Made by a program: the position numbers and the translations under genes | Part shown: one piece after another, positions 1-9,465 of the stretch | Layout of the letters: every line of letters starts with the position of its first letter | How positions within the stretch are numbered: position 1 is the first letter of the stretch | Sequence record: NZ_CP129890.1 | Origin: a plasmid | DNA: 46,212 nucleotides | Strand: one strand, 5' to 3' | Notes under the pieces: model-generated | Databases searched by the model: none | Told to the model about the DNA's origin: nothing | Seen by the model: the letters and a program-made list of their open reading frames with translations, nothing else

Positions 1-167
1 TGCGGTAATTCACGCCATTGACACCCTGTAGTAAGCGAGTAAAGGATGGCATTGAATACGTCATAAAGATCATAACGACGCGGCCTTGTATGCTTACGGA
101 AGTTTTCTAAATCAGGTTGTATTAACGCAAATTGCGCTCGAGAAATATTGCTTGGATAATCTGGCAT
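1..167 (-). CDS. IS5-family transposase OrfA, N-terminal part (continues at 46059..46212 if circular)
   Basis: ATG at 167 (revcomp). Translation [55 protein letters not shown] matches ORF 39053..39313. Confidence 0.75.
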   Translation of the reverse strand, partial: MPDYPSNISRAQFALIQPDLENFRKHTRPRRYDLYDVFNAILYSLTTGCQWRELP

Positions 168-230
168 GACAAACTCCTCAGTCGGTTTTCCACAATTCTA
201 CCAGATTCAGCAGATACTAGACAGGTTCTA
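1..230 (-). mobile_element. IS5-family (two-ORF, IS427-group-like) insertion sequence, left-end 230 bp; the remaining 629 bp are at 45584..46212, so the element spans the window junction
   Basis: Terminal IR gatactagacaggttct at 213..229 equals the IR of the internal copy (38991.., 39831..39847). orfA N-terminus is near-identical to 39053... Concatenating the revcomp of the window start and window end reproduces the internal copy across the junction (gtgaattaccgca|cgatttcccggaatggca). Confidence 0.8.
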
Positions 231-289
231 AGCACTCCACAACGAACCGGGTTGAATCTTAACCATTGATGGTATCTCAGATCCCTGGG

Positions 290-342
290 TTCAAACAAAA
301 ATAGCGGGCGACCAACGCAGTTTTGTGCGTTAGTCGCCCGCT
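290..342 (-). terminator. Rho-independent terminator (minus strand) downstream of the oxidoreductase transcript
   Basis: 10-bp perfect stem agcgggcgac/gtcgcccgct (303..342) followed on the minus strand by tatttttgtttg. Confidence 0.5.
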
Positions 343-750
343 TTGGTTTCTCTATTAAACACGACACGTGGCCTGAATTTCTGGAGCCCCCGGTAAATAA
401 GCCTCAATATCTGGCGTGTTACGTTGCGTGTAAACCGTTAGTAATGGTTAAAAATACTTAAAGACGTCCAGTTTATTTAATTTTTCCATTTGTACAATAC
501 CAAACCAGATCGTATTAGCCTTTGCGCCTGCCGTTGGTTTTGTGAACAGACTTATTCTTTCGCACCAGCGTGGTAGAGTGGATCTGTTGCTCATCGTGGT
601 TATTGTGTAAAGGTAGATCACAATGCTCAAAGATCTGGTAAACCCGGTCCTTTAGATTAAGGGCATTGTTAATCACATTGCGTAATAATTTTAACGGTGA
701 TTTCTTGATTGTTTCCTCGATTAACTAGTCGGCTTTGTGTTTCTAGTGCG

Positions 751-2100
751 TTAGCTTTTCACAACCGGGGTCTTAAAAAGATCATTCAAGGCTTCAGACA
801 TTGTTGGATGAGTATAGATCATGTCGCGTAATCTTTCGTAAGGTAATTTGGCCTTCATTGCCAATGCAATTAGATTGATGGTTTCATGAGCCTCAGCGGC
901 ATACAATGTTGCCCCTAAAATAAGGTGTGTTTTTTGATCAACGCTTACCTTATAAAGCCCGCGTTGATCCTCCAAGACACGGGCCTTTGGAATCGCCTTG
1001 ACTGATAGCTTGAAGGTTTGTAAATCATAACCTGCACTCTTAGCTTGACGTTCATTTAAGCCGACGTTAGCCAGTGGTGGATTTAGGAACGAAGCAGTCG
1101 GTATCACCATTCGATCGGCCGTTGAGCGATCCCCCTTATCAAACAATTGATCTACAATAATACGAAAATCATCCAATGAGACATAAGTGAACATAGGACC
1201 GCCATTAACGTCGCCCAAAGCCCAAACGTTTTGTACTGTGGTCCTTAAATGATCATCGACCTGAATAGCACCACGACTGGTTAAAGCAATATCGGTATTT
1301 TCTAGCCCTAAACTATTTATATTAGGCCGCCGACCGACTGCAACTAATACCGCATCAAATTCCGCAGTGTTACTTTGATCACCTTGTTGATAATATAATG
1401 TAACCTTCTCACCATTATCTTTTACTTGAGTTAGTTGAGTCTCCGGTTTAATCTCGATCCCTGCGTCAGTCAGATCTGCTACGACCTCGGTCGCAATATC
1501 AGGATCTTCGCGCTCTAACAATCTGGTATGTTGGTCGAAAATCGTTACATGCGTACCAAAGGAATTAAACATTCCAGCAAATTCAAGGCCAATATAACCG
1601 CCACCAATAATTGCTAGTCGTTTCGGTTGTTTCTCCAATTCCATAGCTTCTTTAGACGTAAAAATCCGCTGACCGAATTCTAACCCTGGGATTGATGGCC
1701 AATTTGGAACCGCTCCAGTATTAATGAAGATGCGTTCACCTCTCACCTTCTTAGTTGTTCCATCACTCATTACGACTGCCAAAACATAATTGTCGATAAA
1801 ACGTGCTGACCCATCCCAAATTGTTGCTAGTGGCTCATCAGCCACCATGTGATAGTTTTTGTCTCGCAACTGTCTAGTCATCTCACCACGCTTATTAACT
1901 GCCGTAGTAAAGTCTAAGCCACGTTGACCATTTAAAATTAAATTTTTAGATGGTAGGCAGCCAACATTGATGCAAGTCCCTCCATACATTTGTTTTGACC
2001 GTTCGATCAGAAGCACGGTCTCATCATGCTGCGCCAAGTACTTAGCTAATGTCTTACCCGCCTTACCAAATCCAATAATAATATTTTTAAATTTATCCAT
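751..2100 (-). CDS. FAD-dependent pyridine nucleotide-disulfide oxidoreductase (glutathione reductase / dihydrolipoamide dehydrogenase class)
   Basis: 449 aa. N-terminal GxGxxG (IIGFGKAGK), redox-active disulfide motif GGTCINVGCLPSK, and a second dinucleotide-binding motif IIGGGYIGLE. Confidence 0.8.
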   Translation of the reverse strand: MDKFKNIIIGFGKAGKTLAKYLAQHDETVLLIERSKQMYGGTCINVGCLPSKNLILNGQRGLDFTTAVNKRGEMTRQLRDKNYHMVADEPLATIWDGSARFIDNYVLAVVMSDGTTKKVRGERIFINTGAVPNWPSIPGLEFGQRIFTSKEAMELEKQPKRLAIIGGGYIGLEFAGMFNSFGTHVTIFDQHTRLLEREDPDIATEVVADLTDAGIEIKPETQLTQVKDNGEKVTLYYQQGDQSNTAEFDAVLVAVGRRPNINSLGLENTDIALTSRGAIQVDDHLRTTVQNVWALGDVNGGPMFTYVSLDDFRIIVDQLFDKGDRSTADRMVIPTASFLNPPLANVGLNERQAKSAGYDLQTFKLSVKAIPKARVLEDQRGLYKVSVDQKTHLILGATLYAAEAHETINLIALAMKAKLPYERLRDMIYTHPTMSEALNDLFKTPVVKS

Positions 2101-2439
2101 TGTTTTACCCGCCTTTTACTAGTCATTTGTTACTGCACTTATTATAAGTAAGTAAAGCGTCAAAAGCAAGTTATATGCTCAACTACCTATTTATCTGACT
2201 TGACTTTATCGTCATCATTTCACCATCTTATTTGTCTTTTACCACAGTTTTCCCTCTAGTAGCTGATTTTATGACCTTCTTTACTTTTATAATCGTACTG
2301 TCTGGTAGGGTTTGCGCCCGCTCTTGGACCGCCCTACTGGACGCTTGTTATTTCCCATTGCAGCAGTATTATTAGCCTTGCTTGCTGACCTTGCTAGTGT
2401 TGTAGCTTTCCTTTGCTGTCAAGAGCGGTTTTATTGCTC

Positions 2440-2468
2440 TTGGTTGATTTTTAATTTCCCTGTATAAT
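2440..2468 (+). promoter_or_regulatory. Sigma70-like promoter TTGGTT-17-TATAAT reading into a GC-rich structured region (2475..2760)
   Basis: TTGGTT 2440..2445, 17-nt spacer, TATAAT 2463..2468. Downstream is a strong SD gaggtgagg and a possible 57-codon ORF from ATG 2527. Confidence 0.35.
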
Positions 2469-2993
2469 GGATTGAGCAAGAAGTTTTAAGGGCGGTGGCT
2501 GTCTTTTCCCTTGTGAGGTGAGGCCCATGGGAACATGGAATAATCTTCAGGAAGGTTTCACAGTCAATGAGCGTCTTCCAGACACTCTCGTTGATGTTGC
2601 TGTTTGGCACGTTTTTAATCGCGCTACTCAGCTATATCGACAAGCACCACAAATAAAAAAGCCGCCCTGCGTAACTTTGGTAGGTTACAGGGCGAACTAG
2701 TGTCGTTTTAATATCTGCCACCGCCTTTGAAGCGGCTTGCATGGGAAGTCCTGTTTTCGGCGGGGCTTCCTTTTCTGTTTCTATTATAGCATGTCCTTTA
2801 AAAACTGGCTAACGTTTCATGCTTCGAGATAGCGTCAACCTGCCAAAGTTGAGACGGTTATTTTCAACCATTAATCAAGTAAAACGTTGATTTCATAAGA
2901 TTTGAGGAAAGCAATGCTTCAAAGGTAAACTAAATAAACCTCTTGAAACGTTAATTTTTCAAGATGCTATACTGTCTTCATAGGCTGTATGAG

Positions 2994-3873
2994 TTACTGT
3001 CTTGGTTGAGACACAGTTGGCTCATAACCTTCATTGTTCAAAACTAGGTGGAATATCGTTCTATTTAGACGACTCATAACCGTAACTGCAATCTTCTTGG
3101 TCCCCTTAGACTGAAAGGATTGCTTTTTCATTTGGTAGAAGTCGTTAAAGCGTGTCGGTCGGTATGAGGAAGCGCTGATGATATTGATGACCGTACGATA
3201 CAAGACCTTCCTTGCCAAAGGGTTCCCACGTTTTCGAATATGCTGCTCGGCCGTATAGTCCCCGGATTGGTAAGTAGTTAAATCAACACCAATGTACGCG
3301 TTAATGGCATTGGCACTATGAGATCGCCGAATATCGCCTAATTCCGCGATAATACATAACGTTGATTTAAGCGCAATCCCAGGAATTGTCATTAAAATTG
3401 CAACCTCTGGCAAGCTTGTACCAATTTTAGCCATCTCTTCAATATAAAGATTTTTTTAAGCGGTCGAGACGTTCAACTTCATAAGTTAACTCGGTAACTC
3501 GCTTGAGCGCGTATGAATCAATATCTAATGCTGGTCCAGAGCTCTTGGCCAACTCCAGGAGATGTTCAGCTAAATGCTGAGCCCGTTTGAGGCCCATATT
3601 CTTTGGAGTAGCTTCCAATATAATTGATGTTAATTCAGTGGAACTACGTTGTAACACCAAATGTGGGTGCGGGAATTTCTGGACAATGTGTCAGTATAAG
3701 GAACCTTCGGTCCTACTTAGAAAATGTTCTATTTCCGGGAAAGTAAGCTGTAAAGCGTCCGAAATGGACACAAGGCTACTCTTTTCATTTGGTATCGTGG
3801 TACGCTGGCTTTTACACCATAAGCACCACCTCCAATCTACGGAAGTCGCCACCGCCTTTAACTTTTCTGCCAT
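2994..3873 (-). pseudogene. IS110-family transposase, C-terminal ~60% only, broken into three frames
   Basis: ORFs 3691..3873, 3439..3660 and 2994..3434 align collinearly with residues ~150-409 of the intact IS110-family protein at 28826..30055 (ALQLTFPEIEHFL~LIQLSFPGIEEELDL; MTIPGIALKSTLCIIAELGDIRRS~LSIPNIAENTAVRLVAELGDIRRF). The N-terminal DEDD domain is absent. Confidence 0.7.
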
Positions 3874-4105
3874 GTTTAGTATAGTATATAAACGTCTTTG
3901 TTCCTAGAGGTACAAGGCATACAGCCATATTGCTATCGCAAAAAGACCTCTTCGGCCGAGAAACGTGGGACGCCTGCCCCGCCCACGCGCTTCGGGCATC
4001 TGCCTGTCGCGAGGATTCAATCCGACCTCGGCAACATGATGCAACGGAACGGCAAAACCCAGCCGTTCTCGTTGCCAGCTCGACTGAAACCCAGCAGGTA
4101 GGGCA

Positions 4106-6643
4106 TTACATACTTTGTTCTAGTCCTGCTGCACGTTGCTTTTTATGCTGCTGGGGTTTAACCGGCTGAGTTTGTTGATATTTCTGTTCATCTTCTTTGT
4201 CTACAGCGTTGTAGCCATACTGCTTAATGAGATAGGCGCACTGCTGTGGATCGTTAGCTTCAAAGTAGCCCACAACTTTATCTGGTTGTTTGCGATCAAC
4301 TAGCGAGAATTGATCTTGGCCGTTGGCAATTAGTTTGGCAGTTTGCCCGTCCTTACGACGATAGGTCTTTTCTAACTGCTGATCCATTGTTGCTGGGTGT
4401 TGGGCCAACTTAGCTAACTTATTCCAGTCTTTAGCAATTTTAGACACCGGCAGAATACCATTGTCAGTCTGGTAACGTGTGTTGTAGTAAGAAGATTTTG
4501 CTGCTAAATGGTCGCGGTCATGATCCTCAATACCAGGATTTAATTTTTTCGTAATGGCGTCCCAATTAGGCTTGTTATCATCGGTGCGATTAGCTTTGAT
4601 GAATTTTGCTGCGGTTAGTAAAGCCTCATCTGAATTAAAGTTAGTTTTTCCGGTGTTGATGAGCACGCTGCTTTTGGCAATGGCTTGTGGCAGCGGAAAA
4701 GCCTGCTGGTAGTTCGTTGAAAGGTTGGTTGTTGCTTTAGCTGCTGCTGCCAATTCACGCCAGTCAATGCCCGCTTGATCCGCAGCTTGTTTCAAGCCTT
4801 GGTAAGTTGCCTGAGTGATCGCATTATCCTGTGGGAAAAGCGGCTTAAAGGTAGTTACCTCGGCTTCGGTATTCGCTAAGATGGAGTCTTGCAGCTTGTC
4901 ATAAAGCTGATGACCGGCAGGGTCATTGTCGGAGCCAACATAAATAGTGGCTGGTAATTGCCCTTTTGTTTTATACATATTGACCGCCATATTCACCACA
5001 CTTTCAACTTTGGTACCATCAACTGAGGCAATCATGCAATTCGTTAGCTCTGGGTGTTGTGTCCAGTAACTCAACGCGTCAATTGGTGACTCAAAGACAT
5101 ACAAGTCTTGCGGTTTCCCCAAACTAAAATTGAAACCAAAATCAGATTGCGAGTTTGCGGCGATCTTTTTTTGCGTGCCACGTTTACCGAATTGCTTAAA
5201 GTCAATTTCGGTGCCTTGAATACTAGCGCCAACTGCTTTGCCATTGCGTGCCCATTGAAAGATCAGGTTGTTTTGTGAGTCCTGAAAAATGAGTCCCTTT
5301 TGGTACAGGCGGTCAACGAGATGAGGATTAATCCCTCTGGCAATGGTGAGATAATCCCGCGCTTGATCAAAGCTATCAGCTCGTTTTAAGTAGTTATGAT
5401 AGGCTGCTTTAGGAGCGGTCTGAACCTTCGTTACGTCATAGTGACCAGCGTTAAGAAACTTGACCGCCTGATAGAACCCTTTCTGGTCTAAAAAGGTGGT
5501 GGCGAATTCAATCGCACCACCACCTAAATTCTGGGAGTTCCATTTCCATAGATTCTTTTTTGCATCAATAACTAAGGAGTCGTGATCGACACCGCGGTAG
5601 TAATCGCGGGAATCCTCCTTGAGATCAATGCCAGCGCTACGCGCAATCTCAACTAAGGACAATTTACGCGCACGATCAATTTCAGATTGCGTCAAACGCT
5701 CGCGCTTACCGCTATTGAGGTTTGTTGTTTGTTCCGGAGCATCGTTAAGCGTTGCTTCTGCGGTCTGTGCTTGATCAAAGCCTAAAGTTTGAGCAGCTTG
5801 ATCAGACAACTCGACCGTATGCACACTAGCGTCATTAATTTCCTTGAGGGCTTGTGCCATCACCTTCGGATCTTTCGCCCAAGTGGCTACATATCCTAAT
5901 GAATAGTCACCAGTGTCGATGCCAATGTTTTGCATGGCAATGTAAGCAACAGATTCGGCTTGCGCTTCTTTCCAAGCGCGTGGTCGATCAGCAAATGCCT
6001 GACCAATGCCATGTAACTGACTGTGGCCGTACTCATGGAACAAAGTTTTGAGTTTCATAGCCGCGTCTGTTTCTTGTGGACTAATCACAATTTCTTGTGT
6101 GGACGGCCGAAAGAAACCACGAACCTCCGGTTCATCAATAGGGGCTTCACTGACCTTAACGTGACCTTCGGTATTGATGGCATCAACGACAGCGTGATAT
6201 AAACGATCCACGTTTTGGTGATCACCCAACCGCTCCTTAATAAAATCTGTTGCGGATAGTAAAGCTTTGCCGTTGGTTTGACTGACATCGAATACTGAGC
6301 CGTAGCGATAACCAACAATTGCTCGTTCAGCGGTCGTTTCGTATTTGACCTGTTCCTCTGGCGTGAGCCTCTTAACGATTGGCATGGTGATCTTGATGGC
6401 GTGTTCACCCTTACGAATGTGGCGACCTAATTTGTCCCACTGCTTAAATCCGGCTACCCGCGTTGCATTAGGGTGCTGCATATTAATCAGGAGCACATTA
6501 CGAACAGAGTAGCCATGGAAGGCAGCATTTTGCCGAAGGTATTGCTTAAACTTTTGAGTATCAGCAAGTGCGCTTAATTGTTCTGTGGCTCGCTGCGCCA
6601 TCTGATGTTCCCAGGCTTTGATCTCAGCGTTAGTCCTCGCCAT
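4106..6643 (-). CDS. Multidomain mobilization protein: ArdC-like N-terminal ssDNA-binding domain + HExxH zincin-like metallopeptidase + Toprim (DUF3991-like) domain
   Basis: Start ATGGCGAGG (MARTNAEIKAW) preceded by ggaggagg. N-terminus resembles ArdC (QYLRQNAAFHGYSVRNVLLI...HAIKI). LFHEYGHSQLHG is an HExxH motif. C-terminal half has Toprim-like E...DxD (LYVFESPIDALSYW ... YVGSDNDPAGHQ). Last gene of the mob operon. Confidence 0.75.
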   Translation of the reverse strand: MARTNAEIKAWEHQMAQRATEQLSALADTQKFKQYLRQNAAFHGYSVRNVLLINMQHPNATRVAGFKQWDKLGRHIRKGEHAIKITMPIVKRLTPEEQVKYETTAERAIVGYRYGSVFDVSQTNGKALLSATDFIKERLGDHQNVDRLYHAVVDAINTEGHVKVSEAPIDEPEVRGFFRPSTQEIVISPQETDAAMKLKTLFHEYGHSQLHGIGQAFADRPRAWKEAQAESVAYIAMQNIGIDTGDYSLGYVATWAKDPKVMAQALKEINDASVHTVELSDQAAQTLGFDQAQTAEATLNDAPEQTTNLNSGKRERLTQSEIDRARKLSLVEIARSAGIDLKEDSRDYYRGVDHDSLVIDAKKNLWKWNSQNLGGGAIEFATTFLDQKGFYQAVKFLNAGHYDVTKVQTAPKAAYHNYLKRADSFDQARDYLTIARGINPHLVDRLYQKGLIFQDSQNNLIFQWARNGKAVGASIQGTEIDFKQFGKRGTQKKIAANSQSDFGFNFSLGKPQDLYVFESPIDALSYWTQHPELTNCMIASVDGTKVESVVNMAVNMYKTKGQLPATIYVGSDNDPAGHQLYDKLQDSILANTEAEVTTFKPLFPQDNAITQATYQGLKQAADQAGIDWRELAAAAKATTNLSTNYQQAFPLPQAIAKSSVLINTGKTNFNSDEALLTAAKFIKANRTDDNKPNWDAITKKLNPGIEDHDRDHLAAKSSYYNTRYQTDNGILPVSKIAKDWNKLAKLAQHPATMDQQLEKTYRRKDGQTAKLIANGQDQFSLVDRKQPDKVVGYFEANDPQQCAYLIKQYGYNAVDKEDEQKYQQTQPVKPQQHKKQRAAGLEQSM

Positions 6644-6875
6644 CTTCACCATCCTCCTCCCATGTGACGTTCTCTTCCGCACCAGGAACCGGTTTGATGA
6701 TCGGCTCCAAAGCGTATAACGCTCGATACTGATTGTCGGCAACCTGCTGCCAAGCAACTCGTCTCATTTTGGTGGATGTTGGTTGCAAGCTGACGGTTGG
6801 ATAATCGGCGAGGTTGTCAATCACGGGCAACTCACTGCCGAGCACTTGCATTTCATCTGCGTAAATAGGTGGCAT
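6630..6875 (-). CDS. Hypothetical small acidic protein, translationally coupled to the downstream ArdC-like gene
   Basis: ORF 6630..6908. Probable start at the second ATG (MPPIYADEMQ) after aaaggaag. The 3' end overlaps the next start. C-terminus EEDGEDGED. Confidence 0.4.
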   Translation of the reverse strand: MPPIYADEMQVLGSELPVIDNLADYPTVSLQPTSTKMRRVAWQQVADNQYRALYALEPIIKPVPGAEENVTWEEDGEDGED

Positions 6876-6916
6876 AACCATCTTCCTTTCTATATAGAAG
6901 GTAAACAAAAAACGCC

Positions 6917-8160
6917 CTAGTAAAAGCGCGTCTGCTGTTCCTGCTTCTTCTTGTCTTTTTCACGTTCACGATCCTGATCGGCCTGGCTTCTTTGATACTC
7001 GCGTTTGGCTAATCGCTGTGCCTTGATATCGGCGTTGAAAATCTTTTGTAGGCCATTCAAGTGATTGGCTACTGATGGTTGATGATGAGTTTGAGAAACA
7101 GCTTCTTGTTCGGAACGGTAAGCGGAAATATCTTTTAAAATGCTGTTACCCATCCGAGCATACAGTTCATGCAATTTGTTATCGGTGTAGTCTTGCGCAC
7201 GGTTAGCTTCTTTTGTGCCACTGCCATACAAGGCTTCACGGAAACGTGTTTCTTGTGCGAGTAGTTGTTTAAATTCGCCCAACTCTTCTGGCTTGCAACG
7301 CATCAAATAGTTTCGCGACATGGCATCTAACTGACCGCGATAGGGCTTCATGGCATTGTTGTTGTACTTCCAAAGACGGCGATCACGGGGTAAGCTTTTG
7401 ACCAGCTCTTGATACCTAACAGCAAAGTCTAGGCTGCTCTGATGACGCCATGCAGACCGCTGATCAGGTTGTAGTCGTTGACGAATGAGGTCACTGATCC
7501 GTGCAAGTGAACGATCGCGATCAACCATTTCGTTAGCAAAGGCAGCTTTGAAATGGTTCAATATTTTCTTAGGCACATAACCTTTGCGCTGCCATTCCTG
7601 ATAGGTCTCACCGTGCTTACCTTCGACGGTAACTCGCTTCCATTCACGGGTAGGTTGTGGCTCCACAATGGCAACATGAATATGAATGTTGTCTGTGTTG
7701 CGGTGAATGGCAGCAGACCAAATAGCGGAATGTGTCATACCCATTTTGCCGGTGAAGTCGTTCATGGCGACCCGGGTAGCGTCCCGCAACTTGGCTTCAT
7801 CCAACTGTTTGGTCTTCGGATTGTAGACATTGTTTTCAGCTAGAAAGTCATTTCGGAAACTGAATACGGACTGCCACATGACTGACTGATGCTTTTGTGC
7901 CACGGTGAATTGTTTCTTTAACTCAACGCGTTGTGTTGGTGTTAGATGATCGTATTGATCAGTGAAGATGCCGGAAGACTTTTTCGGATTCTCCATGTAG
8001 TGGTTGTAGCCGTCAACTGACAGAATGTTTTGTTGGTCAAAGTGATCAATCCGAATTGCCTCGTCTCGATCAATGTAGTTGATGTAGCTGCCAAACTTCT
8101 TGGCATGGGCTGCGACAAAATCGGTCACATTGACAATGCCCGGTGATACTCGACTAGTCA
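6917..8160 (-). CDS. Conjugative/mobilization relaxase (MobA/MobL-like)
   Basis: Start ATG at 8160 after gaggtgg. N-terminal YINYIDR (candidate catalytic-Tyr motif) and histidine-triad-like NIHIHVAIV. Overlaps the upstream accessory gene by 7 nt and lies downstream of the oriT-like hairpins. Confidence 0.7.
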
Positions 8161-8591
8161 TCAGCACCACCACCTCGATGGTGTACTTGAGTCGTTTGGT
8201 GACGAATGTACTCCGTCTTAATTTGGTCACTGATAATCCTACGAGCAACCGTAGTTGGCTTCATTGTGTCATCGGGAATGGGTAAGTTATCCCAGCCGTT
8301 TTGAACGACAACACCGTCAAACAGTTTCAACAAGACCAACAAGTTACGGTCAGTCATCGTGACTTTCTTTGTGGTGGGTTTGAGTTGTTCCATAATTCCC
8401 TGGACAATTTCATGGACTAGTTGTTGTTTCTGCGTAACTTGTTGGCTCAGTTGATGGTGTTCATCCATTAAAGACTTGAGGGCAGCACTTAAAGTTTTAA
8501 GATCATTCTGATCCATATATTTTTGAACGTCCTCTGGATTAGCGAAGCCTTCAAGGTTGGTATCCAAAGTCACTGTTTTTCTAATCCTCAT
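8154..8591 (-). CDS. Mobilization accessory protein (hypothetical)
   Basis: 145 aa. Start ATG 8591 after gagg. Overlaps the RHH gene upstream and the relaxase start downstream; operon position typical of a relaxosome accessory factor. Confidence 0.5.
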   Translation of the reverse strand: MRIRKTVTLDTNLEGFANPEDVQKYMDQNDLKTLSAALKSLMDEHHQLSQQVTQKQQLVHEIVQGIMEQLKPTTKKVTMTDRNLLVLLKLFDGVVVQNGWDNLPIPDDTMKPTTVARRIISDQIKTEYIRHQTTQVHHRGGGADD

Positions 8592-8853
8592 TAGGCAACC
8601 TCAACCTCCTAACCGCATCAACAAAATCAAGATAGGCTTTCGTATTTTGCTCAATGATGATTGCCATTTGTCTTGTTAGTTCGCGCAAATCGGACACATC
8701 ACCACTGAGTAAGTGATCGGTTGCGTCATGATGAATGAGTTCGCGAAGATACTCCTCACGTGACAAACGACTACGCTTTGCAGCATCATCCAAGGCAGCT
8801 AAATCTTGTTCAGAAAGATTTCTAATGATGGTTGTATGAGCCAAAAAAATCAA
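8581..8853 (-). CDS. Ribbon-helix-helix (CopG/MobC-like) DNA-binding protein
   Basis: 90 aa. N-terminal TIIRNLSEQDLAALDDAAKRSRLSREEYLRELI matches a beta-strand/helix-helix RHH fold. TTG start with a weak SD. Confidence 0.5.
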   Translation of the reverse strand: MIFLAHTTIIRNLSEQDLAALDDAAKRSRLSREEYLRELIHHDATDHLLSGDVSDLRELTRQMAIIIEQNTKAYLDFVDAVRRLRLPNED

Positions 8854-9050
8854 TCCTTTCTTTTTAATGTTTTATTTTTAAACAGCATGGCCTCCAAAAT
8901 ATTTGATTTGTTGACCTTAAGGTTGTACTTAGCAAGCTCCGGATTTTGATTTAGTTCCCGTTGCTTTTCAGCTACAAGGTGATCCAACTTTGCGATTGCC
9001 TGATCGCTCAAGGTCATCATGACTCGACGTGTTTCGTTTTGTTTATCCAT
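8850..9050 (-). CDS. Ribbon-helix-helix family small protein, first gene of the mob operon
   Basis: Start ATG at 9050 after gaaggagg+7 nt. MDKQNETRRVMMTLSDQAIAKLDHLVAEKQRELNQN is RHH-like. Confidence 0.5.
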   Translation of the reverse strand: MDKQNETRRVMMTLSDQAIAKLDHLVAEKQRELNQNPELAKYNLKVNKSNILEAMLFKNKTLKRKD

Positions 9051-9299
9051 CTCAAAGCCTCCTTCATAGTGATGACAAACTGTCGCCTGGCAAACCCACA
9101 CGGCTTTAAAATCGCGTCACGTTACCGGACGATTTTTGGTAAACAGTTGCGACTACTCTGGTCAAAACGTGAACGTTTTTCACCAGGCAAACGATCAGAA
9201 AAATCTGAGTTGCGAACCAACCGGCCTCAAAAATGGCCCGGTCGAAACAAGCGTATTTTTAGGATGATCTGACACACCCCTAAATAAAGAAAGAGCATA

Positions 9300-9430
9300 A
9301 GGTAAATCTGACCCCAAAAGTGGGGTAAACCGCAGTGCGGTTTGATTTATGGTGGGGTCACGTTCCTAGTGAATTGTTGTATTATGAGATAAAATTCAAC
9401 ATTAGAAAAAAGACGATGTTGAATTTTAGA
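9300..9430. promoter_or_regulatory. Candidate oriT / mob promoter region with three inverted repeats
   Basis: accccaaaagtggggt (9311..9326), aaaccgcagtgcggttt (9327..9343), and a 12-bp stem aaaattcaacat/atgttgaatttt (about 9392..9428), immediately upstream of the relaxase operon. Confidence 0.3.
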
Positions 9431-9436
9431 AGAAAA

Positions 9437-9465
9437 TCCAACACCTAGATTGCATAATTAAAGTT
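9437..9465. repeat. Solo IS30-family right-end inverted repeat (scar)
   Basis: cctagattgcataattaaagttaccaccc is identical to the revcomp of the IRR of the IS30 copies (18358..18386, 32162..32190). Sequence diverges after accc. Confidence 0.7.

Noticed and set aside
448-630. 60-aa ORF between the terminator and the oxidoreductase gene
   Set aside because: No SD and no recognisable motif. Possibly a 3' UTR.
5854-6051. Antisense and shadow ORFs inside large genes (5854..6051, 6085..6408, 7553..7843, 22288..22604, 25757..26486, 36257..36670, 38459..38809, 40935..41581, 42711..43106, 44462..44749 and similar)
   Set aside because: They lie wholly within well-supported CDSs on the opposite strand or in another frame, and have no SD or motifs.
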